NCBI GenBank assembly: GCA_007117035.1
Contig: SKHG01000036.1
Location: 7,595 to 71,594 of the forward strand
DNA from: Candidatus Campbellbacteria bacterium
GTDB lineage: Bacteria; Patescibacteriota; Minisyncoccia; Phycocordibacterales; CSBR16-193
Reading direction: 5' to 3'
DNA: 64,000 nucleotides
Shown here piece after piece: positions 46,426 to 56,301 of the stretch (the stretch's first letter is position 1; the number at the start of each line of letters is the position of its first letter). The translations under genes were made by a program, and so were the position numbers. The notes below the pieces were generated by a model. That model was given only the letters and a program-made list of their open reading frames with translations. It was not told the DNA's origin and made no database searches.

Positions 46426-47040
46426 ATGAAAAACTATAGTAAAGCGAATAAAAATAGAGGTACAGCTGATTCTAATAATGGAAACAATAAAACTATATGG
46501 ATAGTTAGTATTTTAATCATTATTGGCTTGTTGTTTATCTTTAATCGAGGACAAGAGACTACCACTGATGATGTAATTGATGAGATTGATGTGGATGAAA
46601 ATGGTTCTGAGATAGATAACGAGCTATCTGAAGACGTTGTTGAGACACCTATAGTTATTTCCAACGGAGAAGAAATTGACGTTCTAGATCAGACTGCTGG
46701 AGAAGTTGTGATAATAAACTCTATATCATTTCCTGAATCAAGATGGGTTGTTATACACGAAGAATTGGACGGTAAACCTGGAGCAATTTTAGGCGCTAGA
46801 CTTTTTAATCAGGAACAAACAGAAGGTCAAGTTAACTTACTTCGTGACACTGTCCCTGGACAAAGTTACTACGCACTGGTTTATCACCTAGCTGAAAGAG
46901 AAGAAGAGCAAGGACGAGTGTTTGATCGTAATCGAGACGTTCCTCTAATTGATGAGAGTGGAGAGGTATTAGTTTTTAAGTTCCAAACTTTTTCTGAATC
47001 TGAAACAGATCAAGACCAGAATGACTCTGACACAGAATAA
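46426..47040 (+). CDS. hypothetical acidic secreted/membrane-anchored protein
   Basis: N-terminal TM followed by highly acidic D/E-rich repeats. Confidence 0.45.
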   Translation: MKNYSKANKNRGTADSNNGNNKTIWIVSILIIIGLLFIFNRGQETTTDDVIDEIDVDENGSEIDNELSEDVVETPIVISNGEEIDVLDQTAGEVVIINSISFPESRWVVIHEELDGKPGAILGARLFNQEQTEGQVNLLRDTVPGQSYYALVYHLAEREEEQGRVFDRNRDVPLIDESGEVLVFKFQTFSESETDQDQNDSDTE

Positions 47041-47174
47041 AGGAACTTCCTGTATTTATTTAAAAGTAGGTATCCTTCTTGAAACAGATTGTGTTTGTTA
47101 TGTTCTGTGCTATGGGTTATAAGGCATAACAATACTAAAGTCATTTAATACGAAGGTGTAATTTTAGAAATTAT

Positions 47175-47819
47175 ATGTTGGAAAACAATCAACAGCTTCT
47201 AGAGCATCTTATACACAACACTCGAGTAGTCGAGGAGTCTTCTAACCTTGCAAAAGCTTTTAGTTTAATTAATCGTCGATATTTTGTTCCGCCAGATTAT
47301 GAAGCTGAGGCATACGAAGACTATTCCTTACCAATCGGTAACGGGCAGACTATTTCTCAACCTACAACAGTAGGTTTAATGCTTTCGTTGTTGGATCCCA
47401 GAAAAGGGGAAAGAGTGCTTGATGTTGGTTTTGGATCTGGATGGACATCTGCCATATTAGGAGCTTCGGTTGGCAAAGAAGGTGAGGTTGTTGGAATTGA
47501 TGTCTTTGATGATTTTTTGGAGGCTGGACCAGTTCATCTTGAGAAATATAAGGATAAAGTAGCACCAACATTTTTTTACTCAGCCAGTGATAAGAAAAAT
47601 ATATTTAGCAGGTCATACGACAAAATCTTAATCAACGCATCGGTGGTAAACGAGGTACCCAAAGAATTTAAGAAAGCCTTAAAAGAAGGTGGTATGTTGG
47701 TCGCTCCGATTGATGATAAGTTATGCCTTTTTCGACTTCAAAATAAAAAGCTGAAGCAAGAAAAGTGTCTTGAAGGATTTTCTTTTGTGCCATATATTTA
47801 TGAACAACCTCAAAAATAG
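47175..47819 (+). CDS. pcm: protein-L-isoaspartate O-methyltransferase
   Basis: GQTISQP motif and VLDVGFGSGW SAM motif. Confidence 0.8.
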   Translation: MLENNQQLLEHLIHNTRVVEESSNLAKAFSLINRRYFVPPDYEAEAYEDYSLPIGNGQTISQPTTVGLMLSLLDPRKGERVLDVGFGSGWTSAILGASVGKEGEVVGIDVFDDFLEAGPVHLEKYKDKVAPTFFYSASDKKNIFSRSYDKILINASVVNEVPKEFKKALKEGGMLVAPIDDKLCLFRLQNKKLKQEKCLEGFSFVPYIYEQPQK

Positions 47820-48402
47820 AGAAAGAAAGTTGAAACAGATTGAGAAAGAAGTTATAGCACTGAACAGTTCTCCTTTATGTTGTGAGCGAATTTTGTCTGG
47901 ATCTAAGCCTGTTATAGGTGAAGGTTCTGTGATGTCCGAGATCATGTTTATTGGAGAAGCTCCAGGAAAAAAGGAAGCACTGACCGGAAGACCTTTTTGC
48001 GGATCAGCTGGTCGTGTTCTTGATGAGCTACTGAGCTATATTAATATCTCGCGAGATGATGTTTATATTACAAACATCGTTAAAGACCGACCAGAAAACA
48101 ATCGAGACCCATCACCAGAGGAGATAGTCATGTACGCTCCTTTTTTAGATCGACAGATTGAGATTATCCAGCCACGAATAATAGTAACCCTTGGTCGTTT
48201 TTCAATGGATTATATCCTGAAAAGATTTTGTAATGAAATTTCAATACCAAGTATTGGAGAAGCACATGGTCGAAAATATATAACCAAGCTTTCCTATGGA
48301 GAGGTTGTGATTGTTCCTTTATATCATCCAGCAGCATCAATATATAACCAAAAACTCAAAAAAACCCTACTTAGAGATATAAAAATATTAAAGAAAATGT
48401 AA
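47770..48402 (+). CDS. uracil-DNA glycosylase family 4 (likely start at ATG 47800)
   Basis: GEAPGKKEA...GRPFCGSAG motif A of family-4 UDG; C-terminal HPAA motif. Confidence 0.75.
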   Translation: MKDFLLCHIFMNNLKNRERKLKQIEKEVIALNSSPLCCERILSGSKPVIGEGSVMSEIMFIGEAPGKKEALTGRPFCGSAGRVLDELLSYINISRDDVYITNIVKDRPENNRDPSPEEIVMYAPFLDRQIEIIQPRIIVTLGRFSMDYILKRFCNEISIPSIGEAHGRKYITKLSYGEVVIVPLYHPAASIYNQKLKKTLLRDIKILKKM

Positions 48403-48478
48403 AGTTCTGTGTGTCTGGTTTTTATTGAAAAATTAGCGAAATATGATATAGTCCATTCATAATAGTCATTAAATAAAT

Positions 48479-49270
48479 ATGTCTACAAACAAAATATTCC
48501 TATACTTTTTCGCCGTTATATTGATTTCTGCAGGGCTGTATTTTGCTCTAGACAGATATGTCTACGGTGAAAAAAGTCAGATCAATGCTGTTGTTTCTGT
48601 TTTGAGTGAGCGCTTTCCTGAATCAGATTTCCCGTCACTCTATCAGTCAATCCAGACTGTTGAAATTCCAGAGAAATATTCAGAGCTATTGGACTTAAGT
48701 GTTGTTGAGACACAAGATTACACTTTTAGTGTATTGGATCGATATAGAGTTTCAGTTCGTCATACTGCTGTGACTGATGGTCTGGGTCAACCTGAAGTTT
48801 TGATTGCAGACATATCTGAAGAGAACGTATTTCAGGTTTGGAGAACTGAACACTTTGATTTTTTTGAGATAATTCAAAGTTCTCTTTTGGAGAAAAGTGT
48901 AGAGATGATTGAAGGTAATTTTGATACTGAGCTTATTTCATCCAGTTATAAATTATTACAGGAAACTTATAGTGTAACGATCGATGACGTTAGAAATGCC
49001 ACCAGTCTAGATGAAGCTAACGCCTTGGCTAGGTTATTAACCTTAAAGGTAATTTTATCTGATGGTGAAATAGATATTTCTGGTGGCGTTGGTAAGTTTG
49101 AGACAGATAAGGTTCGCGGATATGTTTTGATCGGTAAGGAAGGAAATCATAATATACAAATATTTCCAGTAGATGAGGAAAATAGAGTTTTCTGGTTTAC
49201 TAAAATTGACGGCCAAGTGACACTGGAAGATGTTTTAGTTATAATTTCTTCATTCCAGTTTATTAATTAA
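48479..49270 (+). CDS. hypothetical membrane-anchored protein
   Basis: 263 aa, N-terminal TM. Confidence 0.4.
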   Translation: MSTNKIFLYFFAVILISAGLYFALDRYVYGEKSQINAVVSVLSERFPESDFPSLYQSIQTVEIPEKYSELLDLSVVETQDYTFSVLDRYRVSVRHTAVTDGLGQPEVLIADISEENVFQVWRTEHFDFFEIIQSSLLEKSVEMIEGNFDTELISSSYKLLQETYSVTIDDVRNATSLDEANALARLLTLKVILSDGEIDISGGVGKFETDKVRGYVLIGKEGNHNIQIFPVDEENRVFWFTKIDGQVTLEDVLVIISSFQFIN

Positions 49271-49280
49271 TATTATTTAT

Positions 49281-50120
49281 ATGAAAAATTTAATTTTAAC
49301 CATATTGTTCATTGTTTTGTTAGTACTATCATATGTTTGGTACCAGTCTTCTGTTACCGAGGAACCTTTGACCCAGCCTGAGTTAACTGGTTATGTTCTC
49401 TCAATTGATGGTGAAAGAATTTTAGTAGCTGAAGGTTTAGATGAAGGCTATGATTCATATAGTGGATCATTAGAAGAGCTTTTAGGCTCAGCTGTTTGGT
49501 TAACAATCACAGACGAAACTGAAATAATTGACAGTGAAGGTAATTCAGTATCTTCTGACTCACTTAACCTTAATTTGGAGGTTATGGTTTATGCTTCTGG
49601 CCCATGGGCAATGTCTCATCCTGCACAAGGTGCAGCAGAAAAACTTGTTTTAACAGGTAATACATATTCAGATAGAGTAGCTCTTTATTTTTCACCTTGT
49701 GAAGTCGATGAATCTGGTCAGACATCTGTAATTGCTAGCGTTGAATCTAATTGGAATAATTTAAAAGCTGGTATTACTCACGAAACTTATGGAACATGGA
49801 ACTCTCCCGAACACTATCAGTTTATTGGAAACAATCGTCTAGTTATAAACTTTAACGAAGGACACATTATGTTTATGGGTGTTATAGAGTTTGACTGTGT
49901 TGATGGAAATGTGTCTGATGTTGAGTTTTTAGTTGATGATATAGGTCAACCTGATGGATTTCCGTTCGCTGATGAAAGTTCATGGAACGAGGTCTACGAA
50001 ACATATGGAAATGAATCCTTCACACCTGTAAACTACGTATCACACGATATAGTAGATGGGGAGCTAGTTGATTTCGACGGTTGGACTAGTGTTGATCGAA
50101 ATGTATTCGTTTCAAACTAA
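49281..50120 (+). CDS. hypothetical secreted protein
   Basis: 279 aa, N-terminal signal/TM, acidic. Confidence 0.4.
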   Translation: MKNLILTILFIVLLVLSYVWYQSSVTEEPLTQPELTGYVLSIDGERILVAEGLDEGYDSYSGSLEELLGSAVWLTITDETEIIDSEGNSVSSDSLNLNLEVMVYASGPWAMSHPAQGAAEKLVLTGNTYSDRVALYFSPCEVDESGQTSVIASVESNWNNLKAGITHETYGTWNSPEHYQFIGNNRLVINFNEGHIMFMGVIEFDCVDGNVSDVEFLVDDIGQPDGFPFADESSWNEVYETYGNESFTPVNYVSHDIVDGELVDFDGWTSVDRNVFVSN

Positions 50121-50170
50121 AAATCTTAGTTAAGTAGAAGTAAGGTTTTTAAATCTTAATTTAGATTATT

Positions 50171-50599
50171 TTGAAATATTTAGTAAATAAATACACCATA
50201 GGTCTTTTAACGTTTGGATTTTTTCTATTGGTTGTAAATTTATATTATCTTAATCAGAGTGAAGTTAATGTTGTGTATAGTGGTTCGATTGAGGTACAGA
50301 ATTTTTATTCAATAACCAATGAAAAAGATTCATTGGTTATTGATATTCGTACTCCAGAAGAGTACTCCATAGGACATCTTCCTGGAGCTATTAATATTGA
50401 TTATCAGAATTCAGATTTTTTAGAAAATCTATCAGAACTTGATAAAAAGGGAAACTATGCAATCTATTGTCGGATCGGCACAAGGAGTGCTGATGCGCTT
50501 TTAATTATGCAGGAGATGGGTTTTGAAAATGTTGTTGAACTATCAGGTGGTATTGAGGCCTGGGCTAGAGGAGGTCATACAGTCTGTTTAGCTTGTTGA
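50171..50599 (+). CDS. rhodanese-domain sulfurtransferase (membrane-anchored)
   Basis: Active-site loop YCRIGTRS (CxxGxR); IDIRTPEEY motif. Confidence 0.7.
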   Translation: MKYLVNKYTIGLLTFGFFLLVVNLYYLNQSEVNVVYSGSIEVQNFYSITNEKDSLVIDIRTPEEYSIGHLPGAINIDYQNSDFLENLSELDKKGNYAIYCRIGTRSADALLIMQEMGFENVVELSGGIEAWARGGHTVCLAC

Positions 50600-50629
50600 T
50601 TTTATTTTTATAATTAATTAAATCTGAAT

Positions 50630-51256
50630 ATGAATAATAAAAGTGGTAGGTTTATTGTTACTCGTCATCATGAATCAGTGTGGAATAAAACCGGAAGATG
50701 GACAGGTATTAAAGATGTAGGTTTAACAGAATACGGAAAGGAGATGGCTGTAAAGATGGGTAAATTCCTGAAAGGCCAGTCAATTGATAGGGTTGTCTGT
50801 TCTGATTTAATAAGAACACATGAAACCCTAAACGGAATCCTTAAAGGTATGGAGGTTTTAGAAATACCAATTCAGATGTCATCAGAGTTTAAGGAGAGAG
50901 ATTATGGTGATTATACTGGTAAGAATAAAGCAGAGATGGAAAAGATTTTTGGTAAAGAAAAATATAACTGTGTTCGAAGGGAGTGGGACTGTGAAATTCC
51001 AAATGGAGAAACTTTAAAGATGGTATTTAACAGAATGGTACCTTACTATCAAAAAAATATTATTCCAGATTTAGTTTCTGGACAGAATATACTTTTAGTT
51101 TCTCATGGAAATACAATTAGAGCTTTAATTAAATATATTGAAAATATTCCAGATACTCAGATAAGATTTGTTGAGATGCCGTTAGGAACCATTATATTCT
51201 ACGAAGTTGATGAGAAAGGTTTGATGTTATCTAAGGAATTATTTGAGATAGAATAA
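50630..51256 (+). CDS. histidine-phosphatase family protein (phosphoglycerate mutase-like)
   Basis: RHHESVWN matches the RHGESxWN catalytic motif of dPGM-type phosphatases; HG near C-terminus. Confidence 0.6.
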   Translation: MNNKSGRFIVTRHHESVWNKTGRWTGIKDVGLTEYGKEMAVKMGKFLKGQSIDRVVCSDLIRTHETLNGILKGMEVLEIPIQMSSEFKERDYGDYTGKNKAEMEKIFGKEKYNCVRREWDCEIPNGETLKMVFNRMVPYYQKNIIPDLVSGQNILLVSHGNTIRALIKYIENIPDTQIRFVEMPLGTIIFYEVDEKGLMLSKELFEIE

Positions 51257-51295
51257 TCACTCTGTGTTAAAAGATTCTTTGGTAATTGGTAGCGT

Positions 51296-51592
51296 TTATT
51301 TGATAAATTTTTCGTTTAGTTTTTTGATTACATCACTTGCCTGATCTGTGTAGATTCCAATCTCTTGTATGCTGTTGTTACCTCTAACTGTTAGTAGAAA
51401 ACCACTAGGTCGTTGTTTGGTCTTCAGATAACCTTGTCCTTTTGAAGGGCAACTTGCTTTTATTATTCCGAGTGAAATCTTTTTTACATCATTTAGGTTG
51501 TCGAGGAAGTCTAAATATTTTTTTGAAGCAGGAATTGCTGAGCTGTGACTTTTAGTATATTTGCCTCCAGCTTTTGTGATTTTCTTACTCAT
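51296..51592 (-). CDS. hypothetical small basic protein (98 aa)
   Basis: Only sizeable minus-strand ORF in a 25-kb plus-strand run; no recognisable motif. Confidence 0.35.
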   Translation of the reverse strand: MSKKITKAGGKYTKSHSSAIPASKKYLDFLDNLNDVKKISLGIIKASCPSKGQGYLKTKQRPSGFLLTVRGNNSIQEIGIYTDQASDVIKKLNEKFIK

Positions 51593-51708
51593 AAAAATTT
51601 TATTTATCTTAGAATTAATCTTAATTTTAATTTTTAAATATTAACACACATCCTATTTCTATAGGATCGAGTTTTTCGAATAGGCAATATATGTTATGCT
51701 CTTAGCTT

Positions 51709-53208
51709 ATGGCTAGAGATGAAGTAATTTTACGCTTTGATAAAGTAGATTTCCAATATGAACCAAACAAACCTGTTTTGGAGGAGGTTTCTTTTACTGT
51801 GCGTAGAAACTCAAAAATTACTGTTATGGGTCAAAATGGCGGAGGTAAGAGTACAATTTTTGGCCTTATAACTGGTGGTCTAAAACCTGAGTCCGGTAAT
51901 GTTTTTCTTTCTAATGGAATGTCAGTAGCTATTGGTCGTCAAGTAATATTACGCGAAGAACTAGATTTAACAGTTCGAAAGTTTTTTGAAAGAGCCTTAA
52001 TAAGTCTATCTAAGTTTAAAAAAGGTCCTAGCGTTGAAAAGGTTTATAACATTGATCCAAAAATAGATGCTGTTTTGGATATTGTGAATCTTCAACAAAG
52101 TGAAGGAATTCATGATAAAAAAGTCGGTTCATTTTCTGGAGGACAACAGGCCAGACTTCTGTTGGCTTTTGCTTTGATACAGGATCCAGATCTTTTATTA
52201 CTTGATGAGCCAACCAATAACCTGGATCGTGCTGGTGTAGAACATTTAACGGAGTATTTGAAGCAGTACAAAAAAACATTAATGGTTATTTCACATGATG
52301 CTGATTTCTTAAACTCATTTACTGATGGAGTTTTATACCTTGATATCAATACCAGAAAGGTTGGTCAGTATGTTGGTAACTATTTTGATGTTCTAGAGCA
52401 GGTTTCTAGTCAGGTTGATAAGGAGCAAAAAAAGAATGCTCAACTGTCTAAGAAAATTCAAGAAAATAAGGATAAAGCAAACTTCTTTGCAAACAAGGGT
52501 GGGCGAATGCGTCTTCTAGCTAAGCGAATGAGAACCGAGGCTGAAGAGCTCGAAGAAAACAAAGTAGACGTTCGAAGAGATGATAAGACTATCCGTCCTT
52601 TCTCTATACCTATTCAGGAAGGAGTTGTTGGCGAAATTCTAAAAGTAACTGAGTTTACAACAATCAATCCAAAAACTCATAAACCAGTTATCCGTAAAAA
52701 AAGTCTTGTTGTTAAAAAAGGTGAACATTTGCTACTACAAGGACCAAACGGAATTGGTAAAAGTACCTTGTTGGAATCAATTGCTCAAAAGAAAACATCA
52801 GGATCAGAAATAAAGAATGGAGTTAAGGTTGGTTACTATCGGCAGGACTTTTCGAACCTTGATTTTAATCAGACTGTCTATGAATCCTTAATATCAATAA
52901 TGGAAAGACCGAGAGAAGAGACAATGCGCTCAACTGCTGCAGGTTTTTTAATAACAAGTGAAATAATGAAAAGTAAAATTGGTAGTCTGTCTGAAGGTCA
53001 GAAAGGTCTAGTAGCTTTTGCTCAGCTGGTTCTACTAGAGCCTGGTCTATTGATCTTGGACGAACCAACTAATCATATTAATTTTCGACATATTCCGATA
53101 ATTGCAGAAAGTTTGAGTAAGTATGAAGGTGCAATGGTTTTGGTAAGTCACGTTCCAGAGTTTGTTTCAGATGTTCGAATTGATGAAATTCTGGATTTAG
53201 AGAAATAG
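51709..53208 (+). CDS. ABC-F family ATPase (tandem ABC domains, no TMD)
   Basis: Two Walker A (GQNGGGKST, GPNGIGKST) and two signature motifs (LSGGQQ, LSEGQK) with a charged linker. Confidence 0.75.
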   Translation: MARDEVILRFDKVDFQYEPNKPVLEEVSFTVRRNSKITVMGQNGGGKSTIFGLITGGLKPESGNVFLSNGMSVAIGRQVILREELDLTVRKFFERALISLSKFKKGPSVEKVYNIDPKIDAVLDIVNLQQSEGIHDKKVGSFSGGQQARLLLAFALIQDPDLLLLDEPTNNLDRAGVEHLTEYLKQYKKTLMVISHDADFLNSFTDGVLYLDINTRKVGQYVGNYFDVLEQVSSQVDKEQKKNAQLSKKIQENKDKANFFANKGGRMRLLAKRMRTEAEELEENKVDVRRDDKTIRPFSIPIQEGVVGEILKVTEFTTINPKTHKPVIRKKSLVVKKGEHLLLQGPNGIGKSTLLESIAQKKTSGSEIKNGVKVGYYRQDFSNLDFNQTVYESLISIMERPREETMRSTAAGFLITSEIMKSKIGSLSEGQKGLVAFAQLVLLEPGLLILDEPTNHINFRHIPIIAESLSKYEGAMVLVSHVPEFVSDVRIDEILDLEK

Positions 53209-53218
53209 TCCTGTTCTA

Positions 53219-54481
53219 CTACCTCACCACATTCTTCCCAGCAACAAATCCAGTAGTCCAACAAAGCTGAAGGCTGTATCCTCCAGAAGGACGATCAATA
53301 TCTAAAATATCACCAACAAGATAAAGGTTGGGATGAAGTTTAGAACGCATAGTTTTAAAGTCTACTTCGTCTGTGGAAACTCCGCCGCTTGTGATGATTG
53401 CTTTATCAACACCCAAGAGACCAGATATCTGAATTGGCAGGTTTTTGATAGTGTTAATAATCTTAATCCTGTCTTCTCGACTGACACTGTTACACTTAGT
53501 CTCCCTATCAATGTTTGAAAGTTCCGTCACTACTTTTACAATAGCTTTTGGGATTATATTAGATATAGTGTTACAGAGCTTTTTTCGATGATTTTCTCTA
53601 AACTCCTCTTGAAGTTTAAAGTTAAGTTCTCCATGGTCTAGGTCTGGTCGAAGATCAATTGATAAAGTAACCTCTCCATATTTTAGAAGTTCACTTACAT
53701 CCTTACTCATATTCAAAATAGTTGGACCTGTAACCCCAATGTGTGTAAAAAGAATTTTACCTTTTGCAGTGTTTTGTTTTTGTTGATTTTGTAGGATAGT
53801 AATTTTAATGTTTTGTAGAGTAACTCCTGAAAGTGTTTTTGTCCATTTTTCTTTTGTTTTGAGTGGTACTAATGATGGTTCGGGCTCGTTTATAGTATGT
53901 CCTATTTTTCTAAGCCAGTCGTAAGCGTCACCGGTTGAACCAGTCTCGGGACGAGAGGTGCCACCTGTAGCAATAACAATGGATTTTCCATATATTTTTT
54001 TTCCATTTTTAATAATCACTCCCTTTATCTCATTGTTAGAAATAATTAAATCAGTAACAGGAGATTTTTGTAGAACTATAACACCTGTTGTATCTAATTT
54101 TTCAACTAAAGCAGTCCAGACCGATTCTGCCTTGTTTGAAACAGGAAAAACTCTTAGTTCGTTTTCAATCTTTGTTGGTACTCCGTTGCTGTGAAAAAAA
54201 TTAAGTGTTTCTTTTACACCCCATTGTGAAAAAGCTGAGAAAAGAAATTTATTACTGTTTTTAAATTTAGCTAGTAGTTTGTGGTTGTTTGTTTCTGCAT
54301 TGGTTATGTTGCACCTGCCACTACCTGTGATCAATAGTTTTTGCCCAAGATCTTTGTTTTTTTCAATCAACAAAACTTTAGCACCAGATTCTGACGCTGT
54401 ACTAGCGGCCATCATTCCTGCTGGTCCACCTCCAATCACAATTAAATCCCAAATATTGATTTCTTTCATTATGGAAATCAT
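53219..54481 (-). CDS. HI0933-family FAD-dependent oxidoreductase (BaiN-like flavoprotein)
   Basis: VIGGGPAGMMAA dinucleotide fold; TGSGRCNITN HI0933 signature. Confidence 0.75.
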   Translation of the reverse strand: MISIMKEINIWDLIVIGGGPAGMMAASTASESGAKVLLIEKNKDLGQKLLITGSGRCNITNAETNNHKLLAKFKNSNKFLFSAFSQWGVKETLNFFHSNGVPTKIENELRVFPVSNKAESVWTALVEKLDTTGVIVLQKSPVTDLIISNNEIKGVIIKNGKKIYGKSIVIATGGTSRPETGSTGDAYDWLRKIGHTINEPEPSLVPLKTKEKWTKTLSGVTLQNIKITILQNQQKQNTAKGKILFTHIGVTGPTILNMSKDVSELLKYGEVTLSIDLRPDLDHGELNFKLQEEFRENHRKKLCNTISNIIPKAIVKVVTELSNIDRETKCNSVSREDRIKIINTIKNLPIQISGLLGVDKAIITSGGVSTDEVDFKTMRSKLHPNLYLVGDILDIDRPSGGYSLQLCWTTGFVAGKNVVR

Positions 54482-54595
54482 AGCAGAAAAATTTTCTTGT
54501 ACCTAACAGGTTTTGTGTATGTAAATTTAGTTGGAAATCTTAAACATTTGTGACTAATTCGAGATAGGATTTATTATTTTTAAAAATCTATTTAC

Positions 54596-56194
54596 TTAAA
54601 ATATGAAAAACGATAACACTAAGCCAATTATTCCAGCTAGGGTTGAGTACAACAAAACAGTGGGAAGTGTTTTCCGTAAAATTGCACCTTCTTTTCCACT
54701 AAGCCCAACTGCACTCTGAGCTGCAATTATGTTGTGAATCGCAACCATGTTTCCGATAGAACTACCAACAGCCTGTAGGGCAAGGATTAAAACAACATTT
54801 AGTCCTGTTGCTATCGCGGTTGTTCCTTGTAGGGTTGAGAACAGAAGATTAGAGACAGTTGAGCTACCAGAGATGAAAGAACCCAGCACACCAACAAAAG
54901 GGGCCAAGAAAGGCCATGCAGAGCCTAGATCAGTCAACGAACCAGCAAGTTCCATGGGCATACTCTCGTAACCAGAGAGGTTATTTCCAGAAAAAATCAT
55001 TATTTGTACAATAGCCAAAACAAATAACAAACCAATAAATGGTAAACCTATTTTGTATACTGATTTTTGAAATGAGTTTCTAAACTGGGTGAAGTTAATG
55101 TATCCCACAAACAACCCAAGAAAAACAACAGCAATAAATATTGTTCCGGGTGAGTAAAGAATTGAGAGTTCGTGTGAAGTTGGCAGGTTTAGAATGTCAG
55201 GAATTGAAAAAGAAATACTTTTTAATTTTTCAGAAAAACCAAATGTTTCTAATCTTGTAAGTAGTAATAGTACTATTATTAATATATAAGGAAGTAATGA
55301 TTTAAATATTTGTTTTGTTGAGAATCCGTTTTCATTCGAAGACAAAGTTTCTTCCAGTGTTTCTTTTTTATAGGAGTAACATTCCTTTGGTTGGAAGAGT
55401 CCTCTCCTCAAAAGAAATATCATAATTCCTCCTCCGACCAGAGCTCCAATTATTGAAGGAAATTCTGGAGTTAAAAATTTTGCTACTAAATATGATGGAA
55501 TTGTAAACAGGAGTCCCGAGACTAAAGCAAATGGCCAGAGTTGTAAGTTCTTTCTGAAAGATATACCAAGATTTATACCAACCATTAGGATTAGAATAAA
55601 TGGAATGATCGGACTTAAAAGCATGTGAATCAAGGAGGCTGTCTCTCCGACAACCAGAGCTGAAACAGCTACAGGAAATGTGTCTCCAACACCTTCTGCA
55701 ATACCTATAGTTATAGGGACTCCTACTGCTCCAAAGGTTACTGCAACACTGTCTCCGATTAATGTAATCACAACGGACAGAACAATTGGAAAACCAAGTG
55801 CTATTAAAATTGGCGCAGCCAACATAGCCGGAGTACCAAAACCAGCAATTCCCTCAATGAAACTAACAAAGAACCAACCTATAATGACTGCCTGAATTCT
55901 TGAATCAGTACTTACTTTTTGAAACATCATCTCGATCGGTTTAAATACTCCAACAGACCGAAGAGCAAATAGTAAAAATATTGCTCCAAAAATTATTAAC
56001 ATTATCTCAATGGTTACAGAAAAAGACCTAACAAATGATCCTAGTATCCACTGAGCGTCCATCTGCCAAATATATATAGATAGTATTAATGTTATAAAAA
56101 AAGTGATTGGTGCTGAAATGTATGCTGGTTTTTCAAGAACAACCATTAAAACAAGAAGTATAATAAAAGGAGTTAAGGCAAAAAAAGTTATCAT
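54596..56194 (-). CDS. LctP-family (lactate/glycolate) permease
   Basis: 532 aa, ~14 TM, N-terminal topology and size typical of the LctP family. Confidence 0.6.
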   Translation of the reverse strand: MITFFALTPFIILLVLMVVLEKPAYISAPITFFITLILSIYIWQMDAQWILGSFVRSFSVTIEIMLIIFGAIFLLFALRSVGVFKPIEMMFQKVSTDSRIQAVIIGWFFVSFIEGIAGFGTPAMLAAPILIALGFPIVLSVVITLIGDSVAVTFGAVGVPITIGIAEGVGDTFPVAVSALVVGETASLIHMLLSPIIPFILILMVGINLGISFRKNLQLWPFALVSGLLFTIPSYLVAKFLTPEFPSIIGALVGGGIMIFLLRRGLFQPKECYSYKKETLEETLSSNENGFSTKQIFKSLLPYILIIVLLLLTRLETFGFSEKLKSISFSIPDILNLPTSHELSILYSPGTIFIAVVFLGLFVGYINFTQFRNSFQKSVYKIGLPFIGLLFVLAIVQIMIFSGNNLSGYESMPMELAGSLTDLGSAWPFLAPFVGVLGSFISGSSTVSNLLFSTLQGTTAIATGLNVVLILALQAVGSSIGNMVAIHNIIAAQSAVGLSGKEGAILRKTLPTVLLYSTLAGIIGLVLSFFIF

Positions 56195-56301
56195 TATATT
56201 TTAATTTATCTTATATGTGAATATTTATGTATATAGATATGATATCATTAATGGATATTCAGACAATCTGATTAAACATTTTATTAAAATTTAATTTTAT
56301 A

